From Macrostomum lignano (taxonomy: Eukaryota), in contig NIVC01000197.1 of NCBI GenBank assembly GCA_002269645.1, positions 248,001-312,000 on the forward strand: 64,000 nt of DNA. Reading direction: 5' to 3'. The position numbers and the translations under genes were made by a program. Of this stretch, positions 62,701-64,000 are shown one piece after another; positions within the stretch are counted from its first letter, which is position 1, and every line of letters begins with the position of its first letter. A model generated the notes under the pieces. That model worked only from the letters and a program-made list of their open reading frames with translations. It made no database searches and had not been told where the DNA came from.

Positions 62701-64000
62701 TTGATCCCTACAGAAGATCCCGATCTCATTTGATCCCTACAGCAGATCCAGATCCCATTTGATTTGATCCCTACAGCAGATCCCGATCCCATTTGATTTG
62801 ATCCCTACAGCAACAACAGATCCCGATCCTATTTGATTTGATCCCTCCAGCAGATCCCGATCTCATTTGATCCCTACAGCAGATCCCGATCTCATTTGAT
62901 CCCTACAGCAGATCCCGATCTCATTTGATCCCTACAGCAGATCCCGATCCCATTTGATTTGATCCCTACAGCAGATCCCGATCCCATTTGATTTGATCCC
63001 TACAGCAGATCCCAATCTCATTTGATCCCTACAGCAGATCCAGATCCCATTTGATTTGATCCCTACAGCAGATCCAGATCCCATTTGATTTGATCCCTAC
63101 AGCAGATCCCGATCCCATTTGATTTGATCCCTACAGCAACAGCAGATCCCGATCCTATTTGATTTGATCCCTACAGCAGATCCCGATCCTATTTGATTTG
63201 ATCCCTCCAGCAGATCCCGATCTCATTTGATCCCTACAGCAGATCCCGATCTTATTTGATCCCTACAGCACATCCAGATCCCATTTGATTTGATCCCTAC
63301 AGAAGATCCCGATCTCATTTGATCCCTACAGCAGATCCAGATCCCATTTGATTTGATCCCTACAGCAGATCCCGATCCCATTTGATTGGATCCCTACAGC
63401 AACAGCAGATCCCGATCCTATTTGATTTGATCCCTACAGCAGATCCCGATCCCATTTGATTTGATCCCTACAGCAACAGCAGATCCCGATCCCATTTGAT
63501 TTGATCCCTACAGCAACAGCAGATCCCGATCCTTTTTGATTTGATCCCTACAGCAGATCCAGATCCCATTTGATTTGATTTGATCTCTACAGCAGATCCC
63601 GATCCCATTTGATTTGATCTCTACAGCAGATCCCGATCTCATTTGATTTGATCCTGACAAGAGGGTTTAAAATTAGTTGTCAAGGACAAGCCCAGTTACA
63701 TATGATCGAACCAGGAACACAGATCCCCACTCTCCATCCTCTTTGATGAAATTTTCGTGTTTTCATTCAAAGCTAGCATCAGTAGTTACTGTTAGCTCAA
63801 TTATCCTTCATGCACAGGATTTATGCCAGAATCTCTAATCTGCCAATTCCCAGGCGAGTCCGTCATCCGCGTATTCTCCGACAAGCTCTGCGTTGCCGCT
63901 CTCATCAACCCGGGCCTGTTCACCTTGGCCAGCCAGCTCGAATGGCTGCTGCAGACGCCATTCATCAACCGGCATCTGGTGTTCGCCGGCCGCCAGTCCG
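56737..64000 (+). CDS. N-terminal exons of a MAP1/futsch-family microtubule-associated protein (partial; continues beyond the window)
   Basis: Exon 59610-59717 (GVHAWDTSSLGLDINEELKTFVS) resembles MAP1B GIRSWDTNLIECNLDQELKLFVS. Exon 63854 onward (GESVIRVFSDKLCVAALINP...HLVFAGRQS) resembles MAP1 SDVLETVVLINP...KLLVLTGQ. Both junctions are phase 1. The upstream 39-nt exon 56737-56775 is tentative. Confidence 0.7.
57266..57857. mobile_element. Mutator-type (MULE) MITE, 592 bp
   Basis: About 130-bp near-perfect TIRs starting GGCAGTGCTTATCCCCACGG, flanked by the 9-bp direct repeat AATATAGAA at 57257-57265 and 57858-57866. Confidence 0.85.
61340..61852. repeat. 16-19 bp minisatellite resembling the foldback subrepeat
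   Basis: TGTGAAGATTCGAGCT / TGTGATGAAGTTTCGAGCT, versus TGTGAAATTTCGACCT at 7060-7230. Confidence 0.9.
62590..63655. repeat. About 30-37 bp minisatellite in the MAP1-like gene intron
   Basis: Unit GATCCCGATCCCATTTGATTTGATCCCTACAGCA. Confidence 0.95.

Overview
Eukaryotic (invertebrate animal) genomic DNA with spliced genes. The GC-rich exons and minisatellite-filled introns suggest a free-living flatworm such as Macrostomum, but this is an inference. Gene models were assembled by hand from GT/AG junctions with reading phase checked at each junction. On + there are: the 3' end of an unidentified gene, two tandem RRM + multi-Tudor genes (Vreteno/TDRD-like), PLA2G6 (iPLA2-beta), AGBL4 (CCP6), CCDC89, a small Cys-rich single-pass membrane protein gene, and the N-terminal exons of a MAP1/futsch-family gene running off the right edge. 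On - there is a two-exon neuropeptide precursor encoding three NVFRWamides and one MPFRFamide. About 30 different tandem arrays are present, usually a different one in each intron. Several can be traced to sub-terminal segments of local non-autonomous DNA transposons. Also present are a foldback-like element, a Mutator-type MITE with a 9-bp TSD, a tRNA-derived SINE and a mariner relic. Almost all long ORFs in the supplied track outside these exons are translations of tandem repeats.
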